Source: Chloroflexota bacterium
GTDB taxonomy: Bacteria > Chloroflexota > Dehalococcoidia > GIF9 > AB-539-J10
Assembly (NCBI GenBank): GCA_034722275.1
Contig: JAYENW010000001.1
Span: 122,825-186,824, forward strand
Length of the DNA: 64,000 nucleotides
Direction: 5' to 3'
Positions 37,169 through 47,831 of the stretch are shown piece after piece (the stretch's first letter is position 1; every line of letters starts with the position of its first letter). Below the pieces are notes generated by a model, which was given only the letters and a program-made list of their open reading frames with translations, did not search any database and was not told the origin of the DNA. A program made the translations under genes and the position numbers.

Positions 37169-38523
37169 CGGAACCTATCCTTGCTATTGTGGGCAGAACT
37201 AATGTGGGCAAATCTACTCTGCTGAATCGTTTGGCTAGCAGACGTCTGGCCATAGTTGCTGGTTTGCCGGGAACCACAAGAGACCGTCTCTTTGCTTCGG
37301 TCACTTGGCGAGGACGAGAGATGACCTTGGTTGACACCGGCGGTTACTTTCCAGGCCCTTCGCTTGATTCGACAAAGTTGCCTCTGCATCAAAAGGTGGC
37401 ATCTCAAATAAAAACAGCCATTACTCAAGCTGATGCCATAATTTTTCTCGTAGATGGTAAGGATGGAATTATTGGTGCCGATGAGGAAATAGCCCAGATG
37501 CTGCGTGGAACAGGCAAGCCTGTGATACTGGCAGTAAATAAGATAGATTCCTTTAAATGGCAAACTCAAGCTGCTAACTTCTATCGCCTTGGGACAGGAC
37601 AGCCTATACCTATCAGTGCCTATCATAACCTGGGAATAGAGAGGCTGCTAGAGGCTGTCCTGGCTCTTCTTCCTGCGCCATCTGAAAAGCTTTCCCTTCC
37701 GCCGGAAGCGAAACTGGCGATTGTGGGAAGACCCAATGTGGGGAAGTCAACTTTGCTGAATGCTTTGTTAACTGAAGAAAGAGCTGTTGTTGATGATGTT
37801 CCCGGAACAACGCGCGATTCTTTGGATGCGGTGGTTCAGTGGCATGATAAGAGAATTTTGCTTATTGACACCGCCGGTATCAAACGGCGGGGCAAAGTTG
37901 CTAGAGGTATTGATTATTACAGTCTGCTTCGTGCTCTCCAGGCTATTAATCGTTGCGATGTTGCCTTGTTGATGATCGATGCCACTGAGTTTGTTACTGC
38001 CCAAGATATGCATATTGCTAGGTATATTATGGAACTTGGGAGAGGGATAATATTGGCAATCAATAAATGGGATCTTATTCCCATAGTGCAAAGGCGGGAG
38101 TTTCAGCATCTTCTTTCATTGCGGTTCAGATTCCTGTCTTATGCTCCCTTTCTTTATATTTCTGCTAAACTGAGGGAAGATACAGATAGAATTTTGCCTG
38201 AAGCATGGCGTATTTGGCAGCAGAGCCAGAAGAAAGTAGCGCAATCAGAAGTTGACAAAGCAGTGAAACAAGCAGTGAGCAGCCATCCTCCTGCTGTTAA
38301 AGGAATGAGACGACTACGAATTATCAAGGCCTACCAGGATGAATCTAGCCCGGGATCATTCATTCTGTCGGTCAATGACCCTGGATTAGTCCATTCCTCT
38401 TATCAGCGCTATCTGGAGAAGCAGCTGCGCCGCAGTTTTGGTTTTCAGGGTGTTCCCTTGCGGTTGATTTTCAGCAAATATCGTAGTAAAAATAGAAGGG
38501 AACCGGAGATGATGCAAGTATGA
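37165..38523 (+). CDS. der: Ribosome-associated GTPase Der/EngA
   Basis: Two G domains (GRTNVGKSTLLN / DTGG / NKID, and GRPNVGKSTLLN / DTAG / NKWD) plus a KH-like C-terminus. Confidence 0.93.
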   Translation: MTEPILAIVGRTNVGKSTLLNRLASRRLAIVAGLPGTTRDRLFASVTWRGREMTLVDTGGYFPGPSLDSTKLPLHQKVASQIKTAITQADAIIFLVDGKDGIIGADEEIAQMLRGTGKPVILAVNKIDSFKWQTQAANFYRLGTGQPIPISAYHNLGIERLLEAVLALLPAPSEKLSLPPEAKLAIVGRPNVGKSTLLNALLTEERAVVDDVPGTTRDSLDAVVQWHDKRILLIDTAGIKRRGKVARGIDYYSLLRALQAINRCDVALLMIDATEFVTAQDMHIARYIMELGRGIILAINKWDLIPIVQRREFQHLLSLRFRFLSYAPFLYISAKLREDTDRILPEAWRIWQQSQKKVAQSEVDKAVKQAVSSHPPAVKGMRRLRIIKAYQDESSPGSFILSVNDPGLVHSSYQRYLEKQLRRSFGFQGVPLRLIFSKYRSKNRREPEMMQV

Positions 38524-39158
38524 TAATAACCAAATTCATTGTTAGCATGATTATTGGCTATCTCTTGGGCTCTATACCCTTTGGGTTGATAGTGAGTAAA
38601 TTAGCTAAGGGTGTTGATGTGAGACAATATGGAAGCGGGAAGACAGGTGCTACTAATGTAATGAGAGCTGCAGGAACTAAATTCGGCGCTCTGACTATAG
38701 CTCTTGATGTAGCTAAAGCTGTTGTAGCAGTTATGCTGGCTAAGCTGATTGTAGGAAGTGATGTTATTTACCTTGGCACTGTCCTTCTCAATTGGCAGGT
38801 AGCGCAGGTTGTCACAGGACTGGCAGTGCTTGCCGGGCATAGCTGGCCAGTATTTGCCAAGTTCAAGGGTGGCAGAGGTGTAACCGCATTTTTTGGCACA
38901 ATGTTTGCCATTTATCCCCCAGCAGCTTTGGTGGGCACTGAGGTTTGGGTTGCAGTGGCACTGCACAGTCGGCATATGTCCTCGGGCTCTATCTTGGGCA
39001 TCACCGCCACCTGGTGTTTAATGATTCCTTTGACTATTGCCTATGATTTGCCGCCAATTTATCTCGCCTACGCATTAGTTGCCATGGGACTGGTTATTTA
39101 TCAACACCGCGATAACATCAAAAGACTGAGACAGGGAACAGAGCGTCGTTTCTTCTAG
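38520..39158 (+). CDS. plsY: Glycerol-3-phosphate acyltransferase PlsY
   Basis: YLLGSIPFG, GSGKTGATNVMR and the FKGGRGV motif. Confidence 0.9.
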   Translation: MIITKFIVSMIIGYLLGSIPFGLIVSKLAKGVDVRQYGSGKTGATNVMRAAGTKFGALTIALDVAKAVVAVMLAKLIVGSDVIYLGTVLLNWQVAQVVTGLAVLAGHSWPVFAKFKGGRGVTAFFGTMFAIYPPAALVGTEVWVAVALHSRHMSSGSILGITATWCLMIPLTIAYDLPPIYLAYALVAMGLVIYQHRDNIKRLRQGTERRFF

Positions 39159-39160
39159 TC

Positions 39161-40198
39161 ATGCCTAAAGCTGCTATCATAGGTAACACCACCTGGGGCA
39201 GGACTTTAGCTGCCTTGCTGGGGGATAAAGGGGTAGCAGTAAAGGTCTGGACACGGAGCAGGACAGAAGCTGAAGAACTGAACCAGGGAAAGTATAGCTA
39301 TTCTTCTACCGATTGCATCGAAGAAGCTCTGGATAAGGCTGATCTGGTAATCTGGGCGGTTCCCTCTCAAAAGCTGAGGCAAAATGTCATCCTCGCCAAG
39401 TCCTATCTCACTGACTCTATGCTATTGGTTAGCGCCGCTAAAGGGCTGGAGGTAGACACCGGAGACAGGATGTCTCAGGTTATAGCGGAGGAAATTTCTT
39501 CTGATTTGAGGGGGCAAATTTGTGTTCTTTCAGGCCCCAATTTAGCTAAAGAAATTGCACAGGGTCTACCTGCTGCTGCGGTAGTCGCTTCTGAAAACAT
39601 AACTGTCGCTGAAAAGGTGCGAGAACTACTAGAATGCCCTCATTTTACGCTTTTTACCAGCGAGGATGTTATTGGGGTAGAGTTGGGAGGTGCCTTTAAA
39701 AACATTGTGGCTTTGGGGGCGGGGGTGATGGATGGCTTGGGTTTGGGTGATAACGCTAAATCTGCTTTTATCACCTATGGTTGGGCTGAGCTTGTTTCCC
39801 TGGGGACAGTTTTAGGAGCCAATGCTGCTACCTTTTATGGCTTGGCTGGTTTGGGGGATTTGGTAACCACCTGCGCTGGCAATCTCAGCCGTAATCATTA
39901 TGTTGGTTATGAATTGGCTAAAGGTCGCCCTCTATCTGAGATACGTGCTTCTATGCCCCAGGTTGCCGAAGGCGTTTACACCTCCGTGGCGGCTCATCAG
40001 CTAGCCTTAAAACTGGGGAAAGAATTGCCCATGGTTGATACTATTTATGATATCCTGTTTCAGGATTTGCCTGTGAAAGAAGCCATAGCTGCCTTCAAGA
40101 AACTGGCAGCGGCTCATTATCAACCTTCTTTAAGCATCTTAAATGAATTTGCTCCTCACGAAGTTCCTATTATCGTGAAAGGGGAGCCGAAGTCCTGA
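39161..40198 (+). CDS. gpsA: NAD(P)H-dependent glycerol-3-phosphate dehydrogenase
   Basis: SGPNLAKEI, GGAFKNIVALGAG, AGLGDLVTTC and SRNHYVG. Confidence 0.9.
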   Translation: MPKAAIIGNTTWGRTLAALLGDKGVAVKVWTRSRTEAEELNQGKYSYSSTDCIEEALDKADLVIWAVPSQKLRQNVILAKSYLTDSMLLVSAAKGLEVDTGDRMSQVIAEEISSDLRGQICVLSGPNLAKEIAQGLPAAAVVASENITVAEKVRELLECPHFTLFTSEDVIGVELGGAFKNIVALGAGVMDGLGLGDNAKSAFITYGWAELVSLGTVLGANAATFYGLAGLGDLVTTCAGNLSRNHYVGYELAKGRPLSEIRASMPQVAEGVYTSVAAHQLALKLGKELPMVDTIYDILFQDLPVKEAIAAFKKLAAAHYQPSLSILNEFAPHEVPIIVKGEPKS

Positions 40199-40240
40199 CT
40201 TGAATCAAATGGAGAGGCAATTGAAAAGATTAAATGAGGG

Positions 40241-41320
40241 TTAATTCCCAGATATCTTGAATCTGGGTAGGACCTTGGCTAATTCTTCAAAAAGGTAGCG
40301 TTGGTTTTTATCCAATCCTTGGGGAGTAACCACTTGAATCTTGATAAGAAAATCCCCCTTCCCTCTGCTCCTGATATAGGAAATTCCTTTGCCCTTGAGA
40401 CACAGAATTTTCCCACTCTGCGTGCCCGGTGGTATCTTTAGAGATATATTGCCGTTTAAAGATGGGATATTTATCTCATCACCCAGTACGGCCTGAGCAA
40501 AATTAATGGGGAGCTCGCAAAGAATATCGTTCCCTTCCCTGTGGAACAATTTATGTGGCTTAACTGAAAGTGCAAGGTGAAGGTCACCAGGTGGGCCTCC
40601 GTACAAACCAAGGTTGCCTTCACCTTCAAGGAGTATGCTGTAGCCATCGTCTACCCCAGCGGGGATATCAACGGTCAGTTTGCGCTTCATTCTTATTCTT
40701 CCACTCCCACGGCACTGGTGACAGGGGTTGCTTATCACAGTGCCACTTCCCTTACAGCGGGGGCAGGTCGTGGTATGGGCAAAACGTCCGAAAATACTCT
40801 GTTGCACTCTCCTCACCTGCCCCACCCCCTGACATTCAGGACAGACCTGAGGGTTTGTTCCTGGTTTGCTACCAACTCCATGGCATGAAGGACATACCTC
40901 TAGGCGTTCTATTTCCACCTCCTTCTTGCAGCCAAAAACAGCCTCTTCGAAAGAAAGAGTAAGGTGACTATACTGGTTGTCGCCCTTTTGCGGAATGTGC
41001 TGAGCGGTTCTCCCGAATGGAGACTCAGCAAAACCCCCAAAGAAGGATTCGAAGATATCCCCCAGGCCACCAAAGTTAAAGTCAGGAAACTCTCCTTCAT
41101 TAATCACTCGGCCATAATGGTCATAGCTACTCCTTTTCCCAGGATCGGAAAGTACTTGATAAGCTTCATTTATTTCCTTAAATTTTTCTTCAGCTCCTGG
41201 ATCCCTATTGTGATCGGGATGATACTGGAAAGCCAATTTGCGAAAAGCTCCCTTGATCTCTGCTTCACTGGCATTACGCGGCACTCCCAGTACTTGGTAA
41301 TAATCTTGCTTTACCGCCAT
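40241..41320 (-). CDS. dnaJ: Molecular chaperone DnaJ
   Basis: J-domain DYYQVLGV...YHPDHN, and four CxxCxGxG repeats ([32 protein letters not shown]). Confidence 0.93.
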   Translation of the reverse strand: MAVKQDYYQVLGVPRNASEAEIKGAFRKLAFQYHPDHNRDPGAEEKFKEINEAYQVLSDPGKRSSYDHYGRVINEGEFPDFNFGGLGDIFESFFGGFAESPFGRTAQHIPQKGDNQYSHLTLSFEEAVFGCKKEVEIERLEVCPSCHGVGSKPGTNPQVCPECQGVGQVRRVQQSIFGRFAHTTTCPRCKGSGTVISNPCHQCRGSGRIRMKRKLTVDIPAGVDDGYSILLEGEGNLGLYGGPPGDLHLALSVKPHKLFHREGNDILCELPINFAQAVLGDEINIPSLNGNISLKIPPGTQSGKILCLKGKGISYIRSRGKGDFLIKIQVVTPQGLDKNQRYLFEELAKVLPRFKISGN

Positions 41321-41381
41321 AATCTTTAAGTATAAGATTTTATGGTTATATTGGCAAATTTTGTGAAGGGATTGTTACAAG

Positions 41382-43811
41382 TTAGGACAATCCTACCGGA
41401 TCGACATCCACAGTCCATCCCTGTTGCAAAGTCAGTCCTGAGAATATCTGAGCTGGATTGGAACCGCGGAGTATCAGTTGCCAGCGATACCTGCCCCGGA
41501 TTCTGGCGCTAAAAGCGGGCATGGGGCCAATCAAGTTTAGGTCACTTAAACCTTTGCTCTCTTTTTCCGCCATGATGATATGGCTCATTTTTTCTGTTTC
41601 ACGGCGGCATTGGTCATTATTGGTGTGAGTATATGCCAGACGAATGAGCTGGCTGAATGGGGGGTAATGGTATTGATGCCGGTAATTTATCTCTTGCTCA
41701 TAGAATCCTAAATAGTCGTGTTTAGCAGCGGCCTGAATGGCATAGTTTTCGGGCGAGTATGTTTGGATGATAACTTTCCCTGCTTTGACTCCACGGCCAG
41801 CTCTTCCAGCTACTTGACATAAGAGTTGAAAAGTGCGCTCACCAGTACGAAAATCGGGAAAGTTGAGTCCTGTGTCAGCACTTATTATCCCGGCTAACGT
41901 GACTTGCGGCAGGTCTAAGCCTTTGGCGATCATCTGGGTGCCAATAAGTATATCTGCCTTGTGGTCACGAAACTTTTGCAATAATTCCTCGTGAGCATAT
42001 CTCCGTGTGATCACATCTTTATCCCAGCGGAGTGTTCTTGCCTGGGGGAAAAGGTGCTTAACCTCTTCCTCCACTCTTTGGGTGCCCACCCCGAAAAACC
42101 TGAGATTAGAGCTGAAGCACTGAGGGCAGGATGAAGGTACTGGCATGGAATAGCTACAACGATGGCAGGTCAGTTTTCTTTCTGCTGAGTGATAGGTAAG
42201 AGCTACCGAGCAGCGGGGACAACGGAAGACAAAATGGCAGTGACGACATTGAATAAATGTAGCTGTGCCGCGGCGATTAAGGAATAAAATTATTTGTTCA
42301 TCTCTTTCTAGAGTTTTCTCTATAGCAGTGGATAAAGAACGGCTTAGCAGGCTGGTATTTCCCTCCTTCAATTCCTTTTTTAAGTCCACTATACTCACTT
42401 CAGGCAAAGGTGAGTAGCCATGTGGTGTAATTCTCTCCTTTAACGATATTATTTTGTACTTACCTGATTGCGCCTGGTGAAAGCTCTCAATGTCTGGTGT
42501 GGCGCTGCCCAGAATGACAGCAGCACCGCTAAGCTGTGCTAATTTAATAGCTACGTCTCTGGCGTGGTAACGAGGGGATTTGTCTTCTTGCTTGTAAGTC
42601 CATTCATGTTCCTCATCTATGATAATAAGCCCGAGGTCAGACTGGGGGGAAAATAAAGCACTTCTGGGACCAATAACCACGCTGCAGTTTCCTTCCATTA
42701 TCCACTGCCATTCATCGAATTGTTCTCCTGCTGAAAGACCACTGTGTAACACTGCTACTTGTCCGGGAAAGCGGCTGGCAAACCTTTCCACTATTTGAGC
42801 GGTGAGAGCAATTTCAGGGACGAGACAGATGCCACGCTTACCTTGAGAGACGATCTTGGCTAAAGCTCTTAGGTAAAGTTCTGTCTTGCCACTGCCAGTG
42901 ACACCGAACAGAAGAAATATGGGCGATGAGCTATTGCCAATATTGTTTAGCCTATCCTCGATTGATTTCCATGCGCTTTCTTGGGATGAGGTTAAGTTTG
43001 GAGGTAACTTGGACTCAATATTGAAATGAGATAATGGGTCTCGCCTGACATTAATCTTCTCTATGGAGGCAATGTTGCGCTGTACCAGGGCTTTTATTGA
43101 CACCAAAGAGCAGTTGGCGCGCTTCTCAGCTTCATTGACGAGAATTGGTTGAGCTTGTTTATCCAGAACTTCTAGAAGCGCTACCTGCTTGAAAGCTCGG
43201 GACTTATTCAATTTGGAGATCTCGGTAGCAACTTCGTTATGTCTTATTTCTAGCTTTATGTAGGTGCATGATTTTGGTTTTATCTTGGTTTTTTCTAGTT
43301 TCTCGTTCTTTATTAGTAAAGCATGGCGAAGGAGAGGAACAACGAGCTGTTTAGCTTTAGTTTTCCCAAATTTTCTCTCCAGTGCTGGCAAGCTTACCTT
43401 TCTTTTGCTCTCTATGAATTTGAGGACTTGTTTTTGTCTTAAGGGAAGAGAAGATGTATCTGTGTGAGTGTTTGCTGGCTGGAAATAGGTAGTGATCTTG
43501 TGTCCAAAATCTGGTGGTAGCATTAAAGCCAGAGAATCGAAAAGAGGCGCAAGATAATGCTGGCTTATCCATTGAGCAAGTTCTATCTGCAGAGGTGATA
43601 GCAAAGTGTGTTCGCTAATGACATCAATTATCTCTTTGACTGTTTCCAGCGAAGTTTGCTCGCTTAGCTTGACGACAATGCCGGGGACATTTCTGGAACC
43701 AAAGGGCACCCAAACTGCCTGTCCTAAATCAATATCTAAGTGAGGTGGTGTGGCGTAGCAAAATGTGGGATGTATCGCAGGAAAATTAACTGCTACCTCA
43801 GCATACCTCAT
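41382..43811 (-). CDS. priA: Primosomal protein N' (replication restart helicase PriA)
   Basis: Walker A GVTGSGKTE, IIDEEHEW, and zinc module CRHCHFVFRCPRCSVALTYH...CHRCSY...CPQC. Confidence 0.93.
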   Translation of the reverse strand: MRYAEVAVNFPAIHPTFCYATPPHLDIDLGQAVWVPFGSRNVPGIVVKLSEQTSLETVKEIIDVISEHTLLSPLQIELAQWISQHYLAPLFDSLALMLPPDFGHKITTYFQPANTHTDTSSLPLRQKQVLKFIESKRKVSLPALERKFGKTKAKQLVVPLLRHALLIKNEKLEKTKIKPKSCTYIKLEIRHNEVATEISKLNKSRAFKQVALLEVLDKQAQPILVNEAEKRANCSLVSIKALVQRNIASIEKINVRRDPLSHFNIESKLPPNLTSSQESAWKSIEDRLNNIGNSSSPIFLLFGVTGSGKTELYLRALAKIVSQGKRGICLVPEIALTAQIVERFASRFPGQVAVLHSGLSAGEQFDEWQWIMEGNCSVVIGPRSALFSPQSDLGLIIIDEEHEWTYKQEDKSPRYHARDVAIKLAQLSGAAVILGSATPDIESFHQAQSGKYKIISLKERITPHGYSPLPEVSIVDLKKELKEGNTSLLSRSLSTAIEKTLERDEQIILFLNRRGTATFIQCRHCHFVFRCPRCSVALTYHSAERKLTCHRCSYSMPVPSSCPQCFSSNLRFFGVGTQRVEEEVKHLFPQARTLRWDKDVITRRYAHEELLQKFRDHKADILIGTQMIAKGLDLPQVTLAGIISADTGLNFPDFRTGERTFQLLCQVAGRAGRGVKAGKVIIQTYSPENYAIQAAAKHDYLGFYEQEINYRHQYHYPPFSQLIRLAYTHTNNDQCRRETEKMSHIIMAEKESKGLSDLNLIGPMPAFSARIRGRYRWQLILRGSNPAQIFSGLTLQQGWTVDVDPVGLS

Positions 43812-43819
43812 TCAGTATA

Positions 43820-44230
43820 CTATGATGATTGCGCTTCCTCTGAAGAGAGCCGATTTTCATCTTCTTGGGAAGCGGCTTGCACAGTTACTTTTTCTTGCCT
43901 TTCCTTCAGCCTGCTCTGCTTGGCACTGAGATGGCGCATGTAGTAAAGCTTTGCGCGGCGTACTTTGCCATGCTTTAAAACCTCAATATCTTTAATAGCG
44001 GTTGATTGAAAAGGGAGTGTGTACTCTACCCCAATACCATAACTTATCTTTCTTACAGTGAAAGTCCCTCCGTTGACACTTTTCCTCAGTCTGATCACCA
44101 TTCCTTGAAAGTGTTGTAAGCGTTCCTTATCCCCCTCGGTAGTTCTGATACTGAGTTTAATTGCATCTCCAGGGTGTATCTGAGGAATATTTGGGTCTAT
44201 TTTATATTGGACAACTTCTTGAATATCCAT
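43820..44230 (-). CDS. rplS: 50S ribosomal protein L19 with acidic/Ser-rich C-terminal extension
   Basis: [28 protein letters not shown] and [13 protein letters not shown]. About 20 extra residues at the C-terminus. Confidence 0.92.
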   Translation of the reverse strand: MDIQEVVQYKIDPNIPQIHPGDAIKLSIRTTEGDKERLQHFQGMVIRLRKSVNGGTFTVRKISYGIGVEYTLPFQSTAIKDIEVLKHGKVRRAKLYYMRHLSAKQSRLKERQEKVTVQAASQEDENRLSSEEAQSS

Positions 44231-44937
44231 TCTTTCTCCTCTCGGCTAAGATTTGCCTTTTCCAGAAGTTCGGGGCGCCGTTTTGCTGTGCGTAAAATGG
44301 CTTCCCGCCGCCTCCAGCAAGCGATTTCTTGATGGTTTCCTGAGAACAAAACCGAGGGGATTTCCCATCCTCGGTATACCTGTGGCCTGGTGTATTGGGG
44401 ATATTCTAAAAGGCCATCGACATGGGAGTCAGTGCTTGATGATATCTCTGAACCAAGCGCTCCTGGAATAAGTCTGACTATAGCGTCTACCACTGCGATG
44501 GCAGCTACCTCACCGCCGCTGAGGACATAGTCTCCAATACTGATTTCGTCTGTGGCCAAGTATTTATGTACTCTCTCATCTATGCCCTCATAATGGCCAC
44601 AGATTAGCATGAGATGAGGTCGGAGAGCTAATTCCTGAGCGATTTGTTGGTTAAACAAGCTGCCTGTTGGTGTGAGCAAAATAATGGGTAGCTCGCTTAC
44701 ATTAAACTGCTGCTTTACTGCTTCTACCGCCTCGAAAATGGGCTCTGGCTTAAGAACCATCCCAGGGCCGCCTCCGTAAGAATAATCATCTGCGGTATGA
44801 TGTTTGTCATGGGTGTAATCCCGAATGTTGTGAGTTGCAATTTCTACTATGTCCCTCTCGTTAGCTCTCTTAATAATGCTTTGCTCAAAGGGAGAAGTAA
44901 GCATCTCAGGGAAAAGACAAAATATGTCAATTCGCAT
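44197..44937 (-). CDS. trmD: tRNA (guanine37-N1)-methyltransferase
   Basis: [41 protein letters not shown] and [12 protein letters not shown]. Confidence 0.93.
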   Translation of the reverse strand: MRIDIFCLFPEMLTSPFEQSIIKRANERDIVEIATHNIRDYTHDKHHTADDYSYGGGPGMVLKPEPIFEAVEAVKQQFNVSELPIILLTPTGSLFNQQIAQELALRPHLMLICGHYEGIDERVHKYLATDEISIGDYVLSGGEVAAIAVVDAIVRLIPGALGSEISSSTDSHVDGLLEYPQYTRPQVYRGWEIPSVLFSGNHQEIACWRRREAILRTAKRRPELLEKANLSREEKEWIFKKLSNIK

Positions 44938-45085
44938 AGGACTGCCTCTATAATGTTCCTTTTTGATTTATGATTCTTTGCCCCTTGTATTAGCACAAAA
45001 GTTAAGCGATTCATCTTAGCATATGAAAAGACATAAGAAAAGTTAGAAAATTCTTGAATTTTCTTGGAAACAGAGCAAAAAACCC

Positions 45086-45116
45086 TTGACAAAATAGAGG
45101 TATAGAGGTTTACAAT
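45086..45116 (+). promoter_or_regulatory. Candidate promoter of the mraZ operon
   Basis: TTGACA (45086-45091) and TACAAT (45111-45116). The 19-nt spacer is longer than optimal. Confidence 0.4.
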
Positions 45117-45120
45117 AGAA

Positions 45121-45178
45121 AAGTGGGGGAAAGTGGGGAAAAAGGGAAGGAAAAGGTAAGCATGATAGAGAGTGTGGG
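45121..45178 (+). promoter_or_regulatory. MraZ-box-like direct repeats (GTGGG at 10-nt phase)
   Basis: aaGTGGGgga aaGTGGGgaa aaaGGGAagg in 10-nt register (45121-45150), with another GTGGG at 45174-45178. They lie between the candidate -10 and the mraZ ATG. Confidence 0.55.
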
Positions 45179-45222
45179 ATGCTACCTGATTTTTGCTAAA
45201 TGTGAGGTGCTCCGAGGTAAAT

Positions 45223-45648
45223 ATGTTTTTTGGCGAACACGAATATAAAGTAGATGAAAAAGGGAGAACACCTCTGCCGCCAAAATTCAGACGGCAGATG
45301 AAGGAAGGGCTGATATTAATCAAGGGGACAGAAAAATGCATTTTGGCTTATCCCGTAGCTGAGTGGAAAAGGTTGGCCGACAGTCTGGCAAAAACGGTGG
45401 CGCCGGCTAATTTGAGGAAACTGAATCGCGCTATTTTCGGGTCCGCTTTCAGCGCTTCTTTTGATGGACAGGGCAGGATAATCTTGCCAGTTCCCTTACG
45501 CGATTATGCTGCGATTGGTGACACCGTCATTATTGTGGGAGCCAACAACTATGTAGAACTTTGGGAAAAGGAACTTTGGGAGAAAGAAAAAGCTTCAGAT
45601 GAACAGGAGGCATCTCAGATAATCGAGAGTTTCGGAGCACAGCTGTGA
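45223..45648 (+). CDS. mraZ: Transcriptional regulator MraZ
   Basis: Two SpoVT/AbrB-like halves with DEKGR and DGQGR motifs. Start moved to the ATG at 45223 (MFFGEHEYKVDEKGR). Confidence 0.92.
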   Translation: MFFGEHEYKVDEKGRTPLPPKFRRQMKEGLILIKGTEKCILAYPVAEWKRLADSLAKTVAPANLRKLNRAIFGSAFSASFDGQGRIILPVPLRDYAAIGDTVIIVGANNYVELWEKELWEKEKASDEQEASQIIESFGAQL

Positions 45649-46550
45649 AGTTGACTATGTCTTTGCCTATCCATATACCTGTGTTGCTTGGTGAAGTCCT
45701 CGAAGGATTACGACCTCAACCGGGAGGATATTTTATTGACTGTACGGTAGGCTTGGGTGGGCATGCTTCTGCCATATTGGAAAGGATTTCACCTTCTGGG
45801 AAACTTTTAGGTATTGACGCTGACTCTGAAGCTCTGAGAATAGCTGAAAGTGAACTTGACAGCTATCATGAATCGGTTGTTTTAATTAACGATAATTTTA
45901 TCAATCTGGAAGCCATTTGTAGCGAACACCATTTTTGTCCGGTTGATGGTATCCTTTTTGACCTTGGTGTTTCTTCCCTGCAACTGGATACAGCCCAACG
46001 CGGCTTTAGCTTTCAGCGTGATGCTCCTCTGGATATGAGGTTTAGCTGCGAACAAGAACTGACTGCAGCTGATATCGTGAATAGTTTCCCTGAACGAAAG
46101 CTAGCCCTTATCATAAATGAGTATGGAGAAGAGCATTACAGCCGGCGGATATCCCGCCTCATCGTACGAAATCGCCCTATCTCTACTACATTACAGCTTG
46201 CTCGAATTGTGGAGCAGGCTCTAGGGAGCAAACATACTAAAATTCATCCCGCCACAAGAACTTTTATGGCGCTTCGCATTGCAGTCAATAGCGAACTCAA
46301 AAACCTGGAAGCGGCCTTGAAGCAGACTATTGGCCTTCTTTGTCCTGGCGGAAGGTTGGTAGTTATCAGCTATCACTCTTTAGAAGACCGTATAGTCAAG
46401 CAATTCATGCGATGTGAGGCCAGCAGCTATGAGCATAATCCTACCTTAAAGCTCATATCAAGGAAGGTCATCAAACCTACTTCGTTGGAGACAGAATCCA
46501 ACCCGCGCAGTCGCAGCGCTAGGTTAAGAGTAGCTGAGCGATTCAACTAA
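45645..46550 (+). CDS. rsmH: 16S rRNA (cytosine1402-N4)-methyltransferase RsmH
   Basis: HIPVLLGEVLE, DCTVGLGGHA, DLGVSSLQLD and SYHSLEDRIVK. Confidence 0.93.
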   Translation: MKLTMSLPIHIPVLLGEVLEGLRPQPGGYFIDCTVGLGGHASAILERISPSGKLLGIDADSEALRIAESELDSYHESVVLINDNFINLEAICSEHHFCPVDGILFDLGVSSLQLDTAQRGFSFQRDAPLDMRFSCEQELTAADIVNSFPERKLALIINEYGEEHYSRRISRLIVRNRPISTTLQLARIVEQALGSKHTKIHPATRTFMALRIAVNSELKNLEAALKQTIGLLCPGGRLVVISYHSLEDRIVKQFMRCEASSYEHNPTLKLISRKVIKPTSLETESNPRSRSARLRVAERFN

Positions 46551-46584
46551 AAAGGCAGCATCCATAAAAATAAAGGAGGTAAAG

Positions 46585-47811
46585 ATGGCTAAACTAAAGA
46601 GAATTTTTTCTGCTATTGATGTAGGCACAACTAAAGTAGCCACTATTGTAGCTAACGCCAAAGCACAAGACGACATTGAAGTTTTAGGTGTGGGAACTGT
46701 TCCCTGCCACGGCTTGCATAAAGGCATTGTAGTTAACATAGATGAAGCCAGGCAATCTATCGCTGCCTCAATAAAGGAAGCTCAGAGAATCAGTGGAATG
46801 CGCGTAGACTCTGTATATGTTGGGGTTACTGGCAGGCATGTAACTAGTTTGAATAATCGAGGGGTTGTAGCTATTCCCAGAGATGACCGCTTAGTACGCC
46901 CCCAAGACCTGAAGCGAGTATTGTCAGCAGCCCGTACCAATGTCCCCGTTCCTGAAGGTAAACGCGTACTACATGCTATCCCCCGCTATTATGCTCTGGA
47001 TAGACAAGAGAGAGTAAAAGAGCCGGTAGGTATGCATGGAGCCAGGCTAGATGTGGAAACCCATATTGTCACTGCCTCGATAACCTCAATACAAAATTTG
47101 GCCAAATGCGTCCGAAGCATTGGTATTGATGTTGAAGATCTGGTCTTGGAGCCTTTGGCTAGTGGCGAAGCAGTATTGACTCCGGAGGAAAGAGAATCTG
47201 GCGTGATTATGGCTGATATTGGTGGTGGCACCACTGATGTTGCTGTATTCAAGAATGGCAGCATTTATCATACCGCGATCATCCCGGTAGCTGGCTATCA
47301 GGTGACCAGTGATCTCTCAATCGGTTTGGGTTTGCCTTTCGAAATAGCTGAGAAAATGAAGAAGCAGTATGCCGATATGACGCCAAACTTAGAGATTGAT
47401 GAGAAAGCCCGGGTGGGTATTGAAAATGGACATAGCGCCTCTTACCACGATCTGTGTGACATCATTCATTCTCGAATGGAAGAACTATTGCAGTTGATAC
47501 TTTTAGAGATGCCTACTACTGATTATCGCTCCTTGGCGCCTTGTGGTTTGGTTCTTACCGGCGGCACGTCTAACCTCGCTGGACTTGATGAATTGGGACA
47601 AACAGTGTTGCAAATGCCAGTGCGGATAGGCAGACCTTTGAGCAGAGGTATTTATGGTATCGCTGATATTCTCCATGATCCTGCTTATGCCACTACCTTG
47701 GGATTAATTCTGTGGCGGGTAGGGGGTAAAACCGGCTCAGAGTTTAAGCTGCACAGAAGTGGTCCCTGGAGCGCCTTCATCGGTTTGGTGAAAAAATTGT
47801 TTCGCAGTTAA
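46585..47811 (+). CDS. ftsA: Cell division protein FtsA
   Basis: Actin-fold phosphate motifs AIDVGTTKV and ADIGGGTTDV. Strong RBS AAAGGAGG. Confidence 0.9.
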   Translation: MAKLKRIFSAIDVGTTKVATIVANAKAQDDIEVLGVGTVPCHGLHKGIVVNIDEARQSIAASIKEAQRISGMRVDSVYVGVTGRHVTSLNNRGVVAIPRDDRLVRPQDLKRVLSAARTNVPVPEGKRVLHAIPRYYALDRQERVKEPVGMHGARLDVETHIVTASITSIQNLAKCVRSIGIDVEDLVLEPLASGEAVLTPEERESGVIMADIGGGTTDVAVFKNGSIYHTAIIPVAGYQVTSDLSIGLGLPFEIAEKMKKQYADMTPNLEIDEKARVGIENGHSASYHDLCDIIHSRMEELLQLILLEMPTTDYRSLAPCGLVLTGGTSNLAGLDELGQTVLQMPVRIGRPLSRGIYGIADILHDPAYATTLGLILWRVGGKTGSEFKLHRSGPWSAFIGLVKKLFRS

Positions 47812-47831
47812 TTTAAGGAAAGGAGGTTAAA

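Noticed and set aside
37108-37626. 172-aa minus-strand ORF, plus many other 60-150-aa ORFs antisense to well-supported genes (e.g. 19494-19967, 23812-24252, 14567-14887, 48005-48325, 51611-51979)
   Set aside because: All lie fully inside confidently identified genes on the opposite strand. They have biased, shadow-frame composition and no recognisable motifs.
44847-45341. 164-aa minus-strand ORF spanning the trmD/mraZ intergenic region
   Set aside because: It overlaps both the trmD start and the mraZ start, and covers the promoter and MraZ-box region. Its composition is low-complexity and Phe/Ser/Leu-rich, typical of antisense AT-rich DNA.
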